Source: a virus
Lineage: Duplodnaviria; Caudoviricetes
DNA length: 64,000 nucleotides
Strand: one strand, 5' to 3'
IMG/VR virus record: IMGVR_UViG_2974692648_000001
Coordinates: 128,001 to 192,000 of that record
Of this stretch, positions 41,133-50,524 are shown piece after piece. The notes beneath the pieces were generated by a model, which was given only the letters and a program-made list of their open reading frames with translations, was not told the DNA's origin and searched no databases. How positions within the stretch are numbered: position 1 is the stretch's first letter; every line of letters starts with the position of its first letter. The translations under genes and the position numbers were made by a program.

Positions 41133-41867
41133 ATGGAACCCAATAAACTTACCCGTAACCAACTATTAAACCGTAAGGTCCTTAAAGTCCTAGAGGACGG
41201 TTCCGTTGTTGCTACCCGACACTTAGTCGGGTACATTCCTCAACGCTTTGTAGAATCCAGCTTAGCTACAGTCACAGACGTTGTAGAGACCATCGGTGCG
41301 ATTGGGTTTGTTGATCCTAAGACAGACCAATACTTCAGTATCTTTGTGCAGAGTAAATTCACGCTAATGCCAAGCAACATGGGTGAAGAATCTGTAGACG
41401 GGCAACGTTACTTAACTATGGAGTTCGAAGAAGGCGATTTAGTCTTTAAGAGTTTGAGTAGTATCCAAGATGCGAACTTAAACTTCTTTTTCTATCGTGA
41501 ATTCTCTTGGTTAAGTAAACTCCCGTGGTACACAGACTCGAGCAAAGTCCGCAGTATGTTCGACCGATCTAAGACAATCACTGGACGAGTAGTGGGAAGT
41601 TCTCCAGCGGTATTCCGTGTCTTAACCTCTTTAAACGAGCGAGACCCAGACGACCCTAACCAAGCTTATCGTTACTCTAAAGCGATCGTCGAAGGACGCC
41701 CTCCACTCACCGTTGGTCTCAACAACGGTAGCTTGCTGATTGACGGCACTTACAACCGTTTGATAGGTGGTTACGACCAAGATAACTTGATCATGGCGGT
41801 ATTGGAAAAAGATACTAAAGTGACAGCAGAAGAATTAATTATCAAAGGTGGTTTTGCTGATGAGTAA
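41133..41867 (+). CDS. phiKZ gp176-like protein (small vRNAP beta'-C subunit)
   Basis: 244 aa; KLPWY, RDPDD and NRLIGGY motifs; position before the protease. Confidence 0.6.
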   Translation: MEPNKLTRNQLLNRKVLKVLEDGSVVATRHLVGYIPQRFVESSLATVTDVVETIGAIGFVDPKTDQYFSIFVQSKFTLMPSNMGEESVDGQRYLTMEFEEGDLVFKSLSSIQDANLNFFFYREFSWLSKLPWYTDSSKVRSMFDRSKTITGRVVGSSPAVFRVLTSLNERDPDDPNQAYRYSKAIVEGRPPLTVGLNNGSLLIDGTYNRLIGGYDQDNLIMAVLEKDTKVTAEELIIKGGFADE

Positions 41868-42756
41868 CACACTAACATACGGTAACATCGAATTAGCGAT
41901 GGCCGAGAACAAAGGGGTATTAAAACCCAACGCTGACGGCTACTACCGTATAGCAGGTGGTGGTTTTAACATTCCTAACCGTTTGGGTATCACGTACCGA
42001 ATGAACCAATATTTACTGTCTTGTTTAGAACAAGGCGATACAGTAGGTAGTGGTAGTGATCTTCGTCGTCGTATTGAACGCGGCGAAGCTTACATGGAAA
42101 TGAACCATCCAGTTCAGTGGTTCTATGAAAAGATCGATGGTAAAGTCGTCCGTACTCAAATCACCGATTTGATGACATGGATCAATCGACTTAAAACTAT
42201 CGACATGGATCGAGTTTGTGCTAGCATTGGTGAAATCCACCCAGACTTCAGTAAGTTCGATCCTCGCACTTTGAATGGCCCTGTGACGTTCGATATTGAA
42301 GCGATGCCTCACGGTCCTTTCGGTCACATGTTCAAAGAAAACCTGGACACACCGAAAATGGGCACTGCTGTTAGTATCCGTACCGTAACAGCTCCTCAAC
42401 AGTTTGGTTCAGTGGTTCGTGAAGTCGAATACTGGACTGGTTTGGACTGGGTACCTGAACCTGGATTTGCAGAAGCAACTAAGTACCGCACTGGAGTTTC
42501 TCAAGTAGGTGGTTTAGAGTCTTTGATGCAAGACCTAGGACACCGCGATGAAAACACTGGGTTAACTGTATCAGCGGCTGAATCCATCGAACTTATGGAA
42601 GCAGCATTAGGTAACAAGAACCAAATCGTTACTCGTGAAGGTATGGAATCGTTTAACCAACTTAACGACATGCTGGCAACGCTTAAGAAAAATCACCATA
42701 TTGTTGATGGTAAGCGTGAGGTAGTTAAGTCGGTCAATCCAATGACTCTGTTCTAG
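41860..42756 (+). CDS. prohead (head maturation) serine protease, phiKZ gp175-like
   Basis: EMNHP (His), AVSIRT (Ser), DWVPEPG (Asp); PHGPFG. Confidence 0.85.
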   Translation: MSNTLTYGNIELAMAENKGVLKPNADGYYRIAGGGFNIPNRLGITYRMNQYLLSCLEQGDTVGSGSDLRRRIERGEAYMEMNHPVQWFYEKIDGKVVRTQITDLMTWINRLKTIDMDRVCASIGEIHPDFSKFDPRTLNGPVTFDIEAMPHGPFGHMFKENLDTPKMGTAVSIRTVTAPQQFGSVVREVEYWTGLDWVPEPGFAEATKYRTGVSQVGGLESLMQDLGHRDENTGLTVSAAESIELMEAALGNKNQIVTREGMESFNQLNDMLATLKKNHHIVDGKREVVKSVNPMTLF

Positions 42757-42865
42757 ACCTTATTAAGTGGGCGGGGTTTCCCGTCCTCTTCTTTGCTTTT
42801 AATAAATTTTTACTTGGGTGGTTAATATATTGGTAACTACTCTAATTCAAAAAAGGAACACGTAA

Positions 42866-43531
42866 ATGTACGTATCATACACACAAAAACTGGCTATCAT
42901 CTCTACCATGGCATCGGTGCGCGGCGAAGTGATGATCATAAAAGGTTTAGAAGAAGGCGGGCGTACTGTTTGGAACAACTATCGTGACAAGGCTACTGGT
43001 TCTCACTTGATCGAAGGCGTTGCGTTCAGTAACTTGAAAACAGAGTCTTTGAAGTCGTTCTCAGCCGCAGTACTGAAACTGGCTTTCGACGCCAAAGGTA
43101 AAGTACTAAACGGTTACAGCGATGACATGATTGTCGAGAAACACGACCGTTTCACTTCAACTATTTCTCGCCTAGCAGCAGTGAACAATCTTACTTTTGA
43201 ACGAGCGTTTTCTACTATCATGTCTACGGTTGTCGGTTACGATCAAACTATGGTTGAATCCATTCTGGAAATGAATGAAACCAAAGAAGACATTGCTAAA
43301 CTGACATTTGAACACGGCATCCGCAAACATGGTCTAGCTGACGCAGAATACGCCGACGTGATGGTAGTGAGTGCTTTGGACCCAGAACTTATCGAGCAAC
43401 TGCATGAACAACGTGACTTGTTCTGGAACGAAGCTTTAAATAACGTTGCAGGTAAAGACTACCTAGATGCTTTCGAGATGGTTAAAGACATTATTACTGT
43501 ACGTGTAGTTCAACCTAACACTTTACAGTAA
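42866..43531 (+). CDS. conserved hypothetical protein (gp174-like position)
   Basis: AAGGA RBS, 221 aa. Confidence 0.7.
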   Translation: MYVSYTQKLAIISTMASVRGEVMIIKGLEEGGRTVWNNYRDKATGSHLIEGVAFSNLKTESLKSFSAAVLKLAFDAKGKVLNGYSDDMIVEKHDRFTSTISRLAAVNNLTFERAFSTIMSTVVGYDQTMVESILEMNETKEDIAKLTFEHGIRKHGLADAEYADVMVVSALDPELIEQLHEQRDLFWNEALNNVAGKDYLDAFEMVKDIITVRVVQPNTLQ

Positions 43532-43536
43532 TTGCT

Positions 43537-43565
43537 AAATATTTTTAAACCTATATAACTTAGGT
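43537..43565 (+). promoter_or_regulatory. early promoter
   Basis: AAATATTTTTAAACCTATATAACTTAGGT. Confidence 0.8.
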
Positions 43566-43643
43566 GAAGAAAGACCACAGCGTCAAGGGATAGGTCATCA
43601 ACTGATTCCCTTTTATTATCATTAATCGTAATCGAGGTTACTC

Positions 43644-44090
43644 ATGTCTAAAGAAACTCAACCAAACTACTCTGATCTTCAAAAATCGCTTATTGAAAAT
43701 CTAAAGAAAAATCACGAATACAACAAAGCGACCAATGTGGTAGTTTTTGATGCTGACAAACTAGAGATGCCGGAGGGTGTAACTAGCGACACGATTCAAA
43801 ACCACGTGAACTACTTTAACCAGTTAAGCGGTGCGGTGGAAGTGACTAACGCCGAAATCACACGCGAATTACATAAAGAGAACGAAGAACACCTCATGAC
43901 CGAAGGTACACTAAACCTTCCTGGGTTGACGTTCAACACCCAACACAACCTCCGTATAGAAGTTGGTGATGACACACTTTATGGCGGTAGTACAACCATG
44001 ACGGACTTCCAACACACGGAAGAAGCTTCGGATTGGTTGGCGGCTCAGCGAGAGTCAAATGAATCTTTAGCACGTAAGTTGTTTAGCTAA
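43644..44090 (+). CDS. hypothetical early protein
   Basis: GAGG RBS; monocistronic between a promoter and a terminator. Confidence 0.8.
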   Translation: MSKETQPNYSDLQKSLIENLKKNHEYNKATNVVVFDADKLEMPEGVTSDTIQNHVNYFNQLSGAVEVTNAEITRELHKENEEHLMTEGTLNLPGLTFNTQHNLRIEVGDDTLYGGSTTMTDFQHTEEASDWLAAQRESNESLARKLFS

Positions 44091-44096
44091 GCATCT

Positions 44097-44148
44097 GACC
44101 TCTACTCCTTCACGGGAGTAGGGGTTCTATTTGCTTTCTTATTTTTTT
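44097..44148 (+). terminator. terminator, CTACTCC family
   Basis: Core CTACTCCTTCACGGGAGTAGG identical to the one at 2737. Confidence 0.85.
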
Positions 44149-44160
44149 ACTTATAGTTCT

Positions 44161-44184
44161 TTTCAAATCTATATAACCTAAGTG
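44161..44184 (+). promoter_or_regulatory. early promoter
   Basis: TTTCAAATCTATATAACCTAAGTG; 23/24 identical to 55727-55750. Confidence 0.8.
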
Positions 44185-44234
44185 AATAACAATGTGTTAT
44201 TCATCATTCATTAACCTTTACTAAGGAAATATTT

Positions 44235-44678
44235 ATGTACATTACTATCGCAGTTATTGCGCTACTTTTCGTAGCGTGGGTTGTTTACTCTTACCATAAT
44301 CGAATCGATGCTTACGAGTACGGTGGAAGTATTTTTGGTAATCGTGTTTCACTTACCTTCAAGACCAAACAAGGTGACCATCACATCATCCTAGAGTTGG
44401 GTCAGCATGACGAAGAACATCGGTATGACGGAGATACATTAATCATCACTCGTGCGGTAGCGGATGCTGAGTGTCTTCGTAGATCGTTCACCGTTAAAGA
44501 CATTCGAGAAAGCGGCCCGGCTGGTGAGTTCCTTTACAAAATCATGACTGATAATCTTGAGGACGAAGACTTCATGTTCCGTCATGCTTCAAGCATGCGT
44601 AAATTACGTAAGTACGTGCTTTCAAACTTCATGACGTTACAACTACGTCACTTGTATACCAAGCAAGTTGTTTTGTAA
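44235..44678 (+). CDS. N-terminal TM-anchored protein
   Basis: Hydrophobic residues 3-19; AAGGA RBS. Confidence 0.75.
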   Translation: MYITIAVIALLFVAWVVYSYHNRIDAYEYGGSIFGNRVSLTFKTKQGDHHIILELGQHDEEHRYDGDTLIITRAVADAECLRRSFTVKDIRESGPAGEFLYKIMTDNLEDEDFMFRHASSMRKLRKYVLSNFMTLQLRHLYTKQVVL

Positions 44679-44739
44679 GCACTAAAGTAATTCGATAGGA
44701 GGAACTCCCTCCTATCTTTTTAGAGCAAGTGAGGTTATC

Positions 44740-44847
44740 ATGATTAAACTATTTTTCTTTCTATTCGTCGCCTACTACTTCATTAAGTTTATTCGAACTT
44801 GGTGGCGAGCTTTAAATAATTTCAACAAACTTTTCAATAAGGATTAA
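44740..44847 (+). CDS. small membrane peptide (35 aa)
   Basis: Not in the track. GAGG RBS; MIKLFFFLFVAYYFIKFIRTWWRALNNFNKLFNKD*. Confidence 0.6.
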   Translation: MIKLFFFLFVAYYFIKFIRTWWRALNNFNKLFNKD

Positions 44848-44851
44848 GTCC

Positions 44852-45325
44852 ATGAACCTATTAGTTATTCTACCAATCACTCTTCTTGCTCTAGTACTTT
44901 GCATTGTAGTTTACCGTCAATACAACGTAGACGGTGTTGAATCACTATTTATGCGTTGGTTCGATACTGGTGATCGTTTTACAGTAGCAGTTTACAATAC
45001 TGAAACAAACGACCACGAACTAACTCTTATGGTGGTACGTGACCGTACTCGCCCTACTGAGTTAGTATATGACAACGACAACAAATCATACGTACTTTCA
45101 TTAGGTACAAACCCACGTGAGCCTTACGAGACTCACATGCGCGCTCTAGAAGCTTTACAGTACAACCAAATCGAACGTGAAGGTAAAGAACACATCCTTT
45201 ACAAAGATCTTGAGATCATCCGTATGATCATGACCGATACTGTGGACCCTCGCTTCAACGAACAAACTAAAGATCAATTCGAGACGGTACGTAAACAATA
45301 CGCACACTTCTTGGACAGCATGTAA
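44852..45325 (+). CDS. N-terminal TM-anchored protein
   Basis: Hydrophobic N-terminus; AAGGA RBS. Confidence 0.75.
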   Translation: MNLLVILPITLLALVLCIVVYRQYNVDGVESLFMRWFDTGDRFTVAVYNTETNDHELTLMVVRDRTRPTELVYDNDNKSYVLSLGTNPREPYETHMRALEALQYNQIEREGKEHILYKDLEIIRMIMTDTVDPRFNEQTKDQFETVRKQYAHFLDSM

Positions 45326-45353
45326 TACCACCGATAATAAAAGAGAAATAATT

Positions 45354-46013
45354 ATGGAATTCACAACTTTACAAGCAGCGTTAGCTATCATCTTTACTTT
45401 AAGCGTTGTGGCGCTTTACACTTACTTTAACGGGTTACGTCGTGACCCTAATAAAAGTTTCACCTTCGAAGTAACCAATACACGTGGTGTTATTATTGTG
45501 AAAGCGTGCAATGCCATAAGACCGGAGCTTGGGTTTGAAGCGCATTTCTATCCAACTAAAAGAGAGAAAGTGGAAGAGTTTGTTAAAAGCATTGACGGGG
45601 AGGAGTTGGAAATCTTTGCTTTCCGTGAAGGTCGTCAACGTCCAGCCTACGCTAAACCTCACATGCAACAATACTTCGGAAAGCGTGTCTACACGTTCCG
45701 TGGTGTGAATACTGACTCTCATTACTTGGACATTAACTTGTTGGGTGAACAGATCATCGACATTTGTTTGCAACAACAATTAACTACGTCTGAAGACCGT
45801 GTCAAGTTTGATATGGGTCTGTTACGTGATCTATTGTTTGGATTCGAATACGAAGAGATGCAATTAGCTTCACAAGTGTATTCACCGGAGATGTTTAACT
45901 CTATCGTATCAGCGAGCAAAGAGTTCTCCAAAGTGAACGCATTGAGTTACAAAATCCAATCGGATTCTGTTCAACCTAAAGTTTCATACAAGTGGTTGCA
46001 ACAACCAGCATGA
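45354..46013 (+). CDS. N-terminal TM-anchored protein
   Basis: Hydrophobic residues 8-25. Confidence 0.75.
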   Translation: MEFTTLQAALAIIFTLSVVALYTYFNGLRRDPNKSFTFEVTNTRGVIIVKACNAIRPELGFEAHFYPTKREKVEEFVKSIDGEELEIFAFREGRQRPAYAKPHMQQYFGKRVYTFRGVNTDSHYLDINLLGEQIIDICLQQQLTTSEDRVKFDMGLLRDLLFGFEYEEMQLASQVYSPEMFNSIVSASKEFSKVNALSYKIQSDSVQPKVSYKWLQQPA

Positions 46014-46492
46014 CTTTAATGTGGATGGGATTATTGGTCGTGGTTTTAGTGGGGGCGGGGATACACGCCCTCAATACTAAATACCATGGTGTTGGTGACT
46101 TTTATTACGTTACCTTGAGGACAGAGGAAGCCGGAAGATTGGTGCTCAATTTCGAGTGCTCTGACTCCAACAAGTCTTTCTCTTTAGTGTTAATTTCTAA
46201 TGGATTAGAAAACGTCTTAGATGAAGAATTGAACACCAGCAGTGACTCGTCCACTACTTATTTGAGTTACTACACTGGTAAACATTTCTACACGGGTATC
46301 ATGAACCAGATTCAAACGTGTCTCTATCTAAGTAGAGGAGACCGTCAACTGAAAGAAAGGTTATTGATAGTCCATGATCTAATCGCTCTAATCTATCGTC
46401 AGCAAGACACGATGCGAATCACTGATAAAGGTAACTTTGAAGTGGGGTATCGTGCAGCTAGGTGTATCAAGGCTTTAGGGAGAATACCATGA
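46010..46492 (+). CDS. N-terminal TM-anchored protein
   Basis: ATGA coupling; MWMGLLVVVLVGAGI. Confidence 0.72.
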   Translation: MTLMWMGLLVVVLVGAGIHALNTKYHGVGDFYYVTLRTEEAGRLVLNFECSDSNKSFSLVLISNGLENVLDEELNTSSDSSTTYLSYYTGKHFYTGIMNQIQTCLYLSRGDRQLKERLLIVHDLIALIYRQQDTMRITDKGNFEVGYRAARCIKALGRIP

Positions 46493-47007
46493 TCTTTGTA
46501 TTAACGTTTATCACATTACTGACCGTCGGGTCTTTATTTTCAGCAGATCAATACCAACCAATTTACATTTTTATGATCTTAGTAGTTTCAGCAGGATGGT
46601 GCATTATGAAACTACTCGACAATAAATCTCAAAAGCGTTTCCGCGTTAACGCCGTTCGTAAGGATGACGTAACTCGTTTTGAGATTTATGATCATAACGA
46701 CAAGGTTAAGTTCGTACTAGTCGTTATGGAGAACACGGAGGGGTATAGTTTATTAGAACGAGATTATCATTCTTTAAACTCTTTAACTTGGTGCACTCCT
46801 AATCAAGAACGCGACTCTTTGAATTTAGTCAAACTCCTTAGTTCATTGGACGAGTCGGAGCGCAATACCGTCACTGAACAATTCTTTAACTTACTGTTGG
46901 TGCTGACCCACCAAAAACCCGTCATCAGTCATACTTGTTATGAAGACTACTCGATCTCTGAATCCGCAAAAGAACAGTTTGCGAGTTCGCTTCGTCTGGC
47001 TCTTTAA
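46489..47007 (+). CDS. two-TM membrane protein
   Basis: ATGA coupling with GGAG RBS; two hydrophobic segments. Confidence 0.72.
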   Translation: MIFVLTFITLLTVGSLFSADQYQPIYIFMILVVSAGWCIMKLLDNKSQKRFRVNAVRKDDVTRFEIYDHNDKVKFVLVVMENTEGYSLLERDYHSLNSLTWCTPNQERDSLNLVKLLSSLDESERNTVTEQFFNLLLVLTHQKPVISHTCYEDYSISESAKEQFASSLRLAL

Positions 47008-47045
47008 TAAGCGCTGATGTTCAATATACTCAGAAGGAAACAATA

Positions 47046-47522
47046 ATGAAAAGTAAATTCTCTTGTTTATTACTCATGTGCATCAGCATGGCTGTGTCAG
47101 CAGACTACGTTGTACTGGATCAAACCTCCACACAAAAATGGGAGTATAATCCAGGTAAGGACGCTTTCACCTACCAATTCAATTATCAAGTTAATCGTTC
47201 ATTGGAATTGAGTTTCTTTTGTGACCCTATCCAGGGTGAAGGGAAATTTAAATTAATACTGGATGGGCGTATATATGAAGAGAAAGATTTGGGTAAGTTG
47301 TATGGCTATGATTCGTACTACGACTTGGCTCAGAACATGGGGTTCGCTCCAGGTGAATGGAACTACGGTGACTTCGCTCATTTCTTCGCACAATACGAAA
47401 CCATATGGTTTACTGATAAGGATGGGAAGGAACTCACTTCTTTCCCCAACGACAACAGGATGGCGGCTAATGAACTTTTCTCATTCAGAAAAGAGTGTCG
47501 TGCAGTTGTGCTAGATAAATAA
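47046..47522 (+). CDS. secreted/periplasmic protein with signal peptide
   Basis: MKSKFSCLLLMCISMAVSA|D, a Sec signal peptide pattern. Confidence 0.75.
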   Translation: MKSKFSCLLLMCISMAVSADYVVLDQTSTQKWEYNPGKDAFTYQFNYQVNRSLELSFFCDPIQGEGKFKLILDGRIYEEKDLGKLYGYDSYYDLAQNMGFAPGEWNYGDFAHFFAQYETIWFTDKDGKELTSFPNDNRMAANELFSFRKECRAVVLDK

Positions 47523-47542
47523 TAATTAAAAAGGCTGATGTA

Positions 47543-47590
47543 GGGAGGTGGGTTATCCACCTCCCGTTCTTTTACACTTTATTTTTTTAC
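47543..47590 (+). terminator. intrinsic terminator
   Basis: GGGAGGTGG...CCACCTCCC followed by T tracts. Confidence 0.8.
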
Positions 47591-47591
47591 T

Positions 47592-47621
47592 AAATATTAT
47601 TAAATCTATATTATCAAAGTG
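47592..47621 (+). promoter_or_regulatory. early promoter (variant)
   Basis: AAATATTATTAAATCTATATTATCAAAGTG. Confidence 0.65.
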
Positions 47622-47653
47622 TTATGAGACTTAGTTTTCTTAAGGAAGCAACT

Positions 47654-48445
47654 ATGAAAGAACGCATCGACAAATATCAAGCCAGGTTTTTATGGTTAGC
47701 TGAGCAAGCTGGAATTACCGTTAATAAACCTATTGTAGGTTTTTGCACATCAAGTATTAACAAGAACGACTCCGCACACAATCTAGAACATGTGTTAGCG
47801 GTTGTAAAGCTCGGGGTGGAGCTAGGAATAAAGAAGGGATACTACGGCACCAAAGAAATGCTAATCGTCTACTACGGATGTTTGATGCACGATTTAGGTT
47901 GCCGTTGGGATAGAGCTTCGCATCATGTGGAGTCCGCTATATTAGCAGAGGAATTACTAACTTCATTTGGTGGTAAGGAATTAACTGGGGAACAAATAGC
48001 ACAAGTGGGACTGTGTTGTTTGGAACACCGCAGTAGTTATAAAGGTGGTCCGACTACGGAACTTAGTACCTTGGTGGCTTTAGCGGACCGAGGTAAACCT
48101 AACTTTCCTTTATACGTAATGCGGAGTTTCTTGTTTCGTTGTAAGGAAGAGTTGACCCAACGTCAAATGACTAACGAGATCTACAACCACTTGTTAGAAA
48201 AGTTTGGTCGTTCGGAAGGTTATAACTGGGATAGCTATCCTAGTAGTGGATTGGATTTGTTTGCTGAAGATTGGCGGACTTTTGATCGACTACTCCTACG
48301 CAAAAACGTAAATTCATTAGTCAATACCTACACTGAACAGTACAACCGAACGGGATTAGTTCGTCCGGTTGAGCACATAGACACCCACTACATGGGGTTG
48401 TGGGGTAAACGTAATAATGACCGTAAGATACGGTTTAAGGGATAA
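47654..48445 (+). CDS. HD-domain phosphohydrolase
   Basis: H...H, MHDLG, HH, EHR and LADR motifs; start moved to ATG 47654. Confidence 0.85.
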   Translation: MKERIDKYQARFLWLAEQAGITVNKPIVGFCTSSINKNDSAHNLEHVLAVVKLGVELGIKKGYYGTKEMLIVYYGCLMHDLGCRWDRASHHVESAILAEELLTSFGGKELTGEQIAQVGLCCLEHRSSYKGGPTTELSTLVALADRGKPNFPLYVMRSFLFRCKEELTQRQMTNEIYNHLLEKFGRSEGYNWDSYPSSGLDLFAEDWRTFDRLLLRKNVNSLVNTYTEQYNRTGLVRPVEHIDTHYMGLWGKRNNDRKIRFKG

Positions 48446-48448
48446 AGA

Positions 48449-49357
48449 GTGATTTATACAAACTTCAAAGAACTGGGCCAGCGTGTACTTAATGAAGGTG
48501 AGGTTATCCATAACCAACGCACTGGTAAAAACTGCCTTACGGTAATTAATGCGGACCTAACGTATCATAATGACTTAGGCGCTGTACCAGCTAATACTCT
48601 TCGCCAATCACCTTTCTATTTAGGTGTTGGTGAACTATTAGGTTACTGGAAGGGGTTAATGAATGCCGCGGATTTTCGTGCTTTGATGACTAAGTCTTGG
48701 GATGCGAATGCCAACGAAAATAAAGCGTGGTTAAATAACCCCAACCGTCTTGGTGAAGATGACATGGGTGTGGTTTACGGTGCAGTTGCCAACCATTGGC
48801 CGATCATGGAGTTTGTGAATCGGTCAGCGCGCATTAAGGATGACGGTACTTTAGATTTACGTCATTCTGGCGAAATTGATATACTGCACAAGATCTATAC
48901 GGATTTAAGTAATGGTCTGGATGATCGTGGTGAGATCCTTAACTTCTGGAATCCGGGGATGTTTGATTTAGGATGTTTACGTCCTTGTATGTATTCCCAC
49001 CACTGGTCACTGGTAAACGATAACATGTACCTGAACTCAACGCAACGCTCAGCGGATTTAGGATTGGGCGTAAGCTCCAACATGATTCAAGTTTTCTTGA
49101 GCAATGCGCTGATGGCACAGATTACAGGTCATCATGCTAAAGAGTCTTATCATAAGCTGGTTAACGTACATTTGTATGAAGACCAAATTGACCTGTTCCG
49201 TGGTGAGATGGAGCGAGAACCTTTGGAAGCACCTACGTTGTGGATTAACCCAGACATTAAAACGCTGGAGGACGTTCGCACTTGGGTAACTCCTAAAGAC
49301 TTCAAGCTTATCGACTACAAGCATCACGACAAAATCGTGTATCCGTTTACCGTTTAG
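48449..49357 (+). CDS. thyA: thymidylate synthase
   Basis: RTG, WDANAN, LRPCMYSH, QRSAD.GLG...N and HLYEDQ motifs; Vibrio/Pasteurellaceae-type sequence. Confidence 0.95.
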   Translation: MIYTNFKELGQRVLNEGEVIHNQRTGKNCLTVINADLTYHNDLGAVPANTLRQSPFYLGVGELLGYWKGLMNAADFRALMTKSWDANANENKAWLNNPNRLGEDDMGVVYGAVANHWPIMEFVNRSARIKDDGTLDLRHSGEIDILHKIYTDLSNGLDDRGEILNFWNPGMFDLGCLRPCMYSHHWSLVNDNMYLNSTQRSADLGLGVSSNMIQVFLSNALMAQITGHHAKESYHKLVNVHLYEDQIDLFRGEMEREPLEAPTLWINPDIKTLEDVRTWVTPKDFKLIDYKHHDKIVYPFTV

Positions 49358-49370
49358 TTGATTAAATCAG

Positions 49371-49400
49371 GTGGGTCCTTCGGGACCCACTCCTTTTTTG
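49371..49400 (+). terminator. intrinsic terminator
   Basis: GTGGGTCC-TTCG-GGACCCAC followed by a T run. Confidence 0.85.
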
Positions 49401-49429
49401 CACTTTAAAAATTTATTAAGGATGTTTCC

Positions 49430-49879
49430 ATGCAAACTGAACCAAATAAGTTTGAATCAGAAAAGATTCGTTATCAAAGAAACAAAAAGTCAATTCTGGA
49501 ACGCTGCGATGTTTCATGTCGGGAGGTCATCCAGTCATTAAACCAATGTTGTTATCTGGGGACAAGATACTGCTGTGAGGGACATGAGACTAACGACAAT
49601 GTAGTTTATTCCATCCAAATGGTTTACCGTAATGAAGCATTTGAAAAACTTATTATGTTGTATCACCTGCTCACTGATGCTTTTGACGAACCCAATGTCG
49701 TTGAAATGAAGTTTGCAAGAAAAAGAACAACAGTCAGCAACAATAATGCCCTGCACGTAGTTACCTTCTTTGTACGTCGTGATACTTACAAGAAACCTAG
49801 CGCTGATGAAGTCTCTCAAATTTTCATGAATTGGATTGAGACTTACCGTGTTAGCGAACCGACTCATTTCTATTCATGA
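49430..49879 (+). CDS. hypothetical protein with TYW3-like motif
   Basis: D...VIQSLN...TRYCCEGH. Confidence 0.6.
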   Translation: MQTEPNKFESEKIRYQRNKKSILERCDVSCREVIQSLNQCCYLGTRYCCEGHETNDNVVYSIQMVYRNEAFEKLIMLYHLLTDAFDEPNVVEMKFARKRTTVSNNNALHVVTFFVRRDTYKKPSADEVSQIFMNWIETYRVSEPTHFYS

Positions 49880-49885
49880 GGTTAA

Positions 49886-50524
49886 ATGATGAAAAATTTC
49901 TACATGCAAATAAACGACGACAACTTCCGTGTTCAGTTTACTTCCGACCGAGACAGTTATTGGACTTGCGAAACCAGAGGTGGGAAACCCGTCTGGAGAG
50001 ATAAGCTGAAATATCATCCGGAAGAAGGTGAACCCGAACGGGTGATGTTCGGTAGTCGACTGCTGTACGATAACGTTATGGATTTGTCATGTAACGACAT
50101 GCTAGATGCTGCCAAAGTTTTTGGTCTCGATGAATTGAAACCGGGCACTTACAAGATCCGACCTCCTGGTTGTTATTTCTACGAGGTAGGTTTAACTTAT
50201 TGGTATGGCATTACTGAATCGGGCCGAGTCATAGCAGTGACGCTATCTAAATCTAACTTGACCATTGAAGAATATGATAAAGAAGGGAACTACTTTATCG
50301 ACCCGGATAATGAAGGCACGCGTGTGGCTGAAGCGGTTGGGATTTTCTCTGCCGAGGAAACGCTACTTTGGGTGATGATGGTCGTCATGCGACCTGAGGT
50401 ACCTAAGATGTTAAAAAGTTATTATCGTCCTGACGACACTATATCTATCCATACGGTAAATTACAGTGAAGGTCTGATCGAGGAATGGGTCGGTAAATTT
50501 GAAAAAGCATTGGAGGAATTGTAA
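49886..50524 (+). CDS. partner protein A1 of the duplicated two-gene module
   Basis: Paralog of 51235..51879 (PVW, EEG.PE.V.fG, L..GTY..R.P). Confidence 0.75.
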   Translation: MMKNFYMQINDDNFRVQFTSDRDSYWTCETRGGKPVWRDKLKYHPEEGEPERVMFGSRLLYDNVMDLSCNDMLDAAKVFGLDELKPGTYKIRPPGCYFYEVGLTYWYGITESGRVIAVTLSKSNLTIEEYDKEGNYFIDPDNEGTRVAEAVGIFSAEETLLWVMMVVMRPEVPKMLKSYYRPDDTISIHTVNYSEGLIEEWVGKFEKALEEL

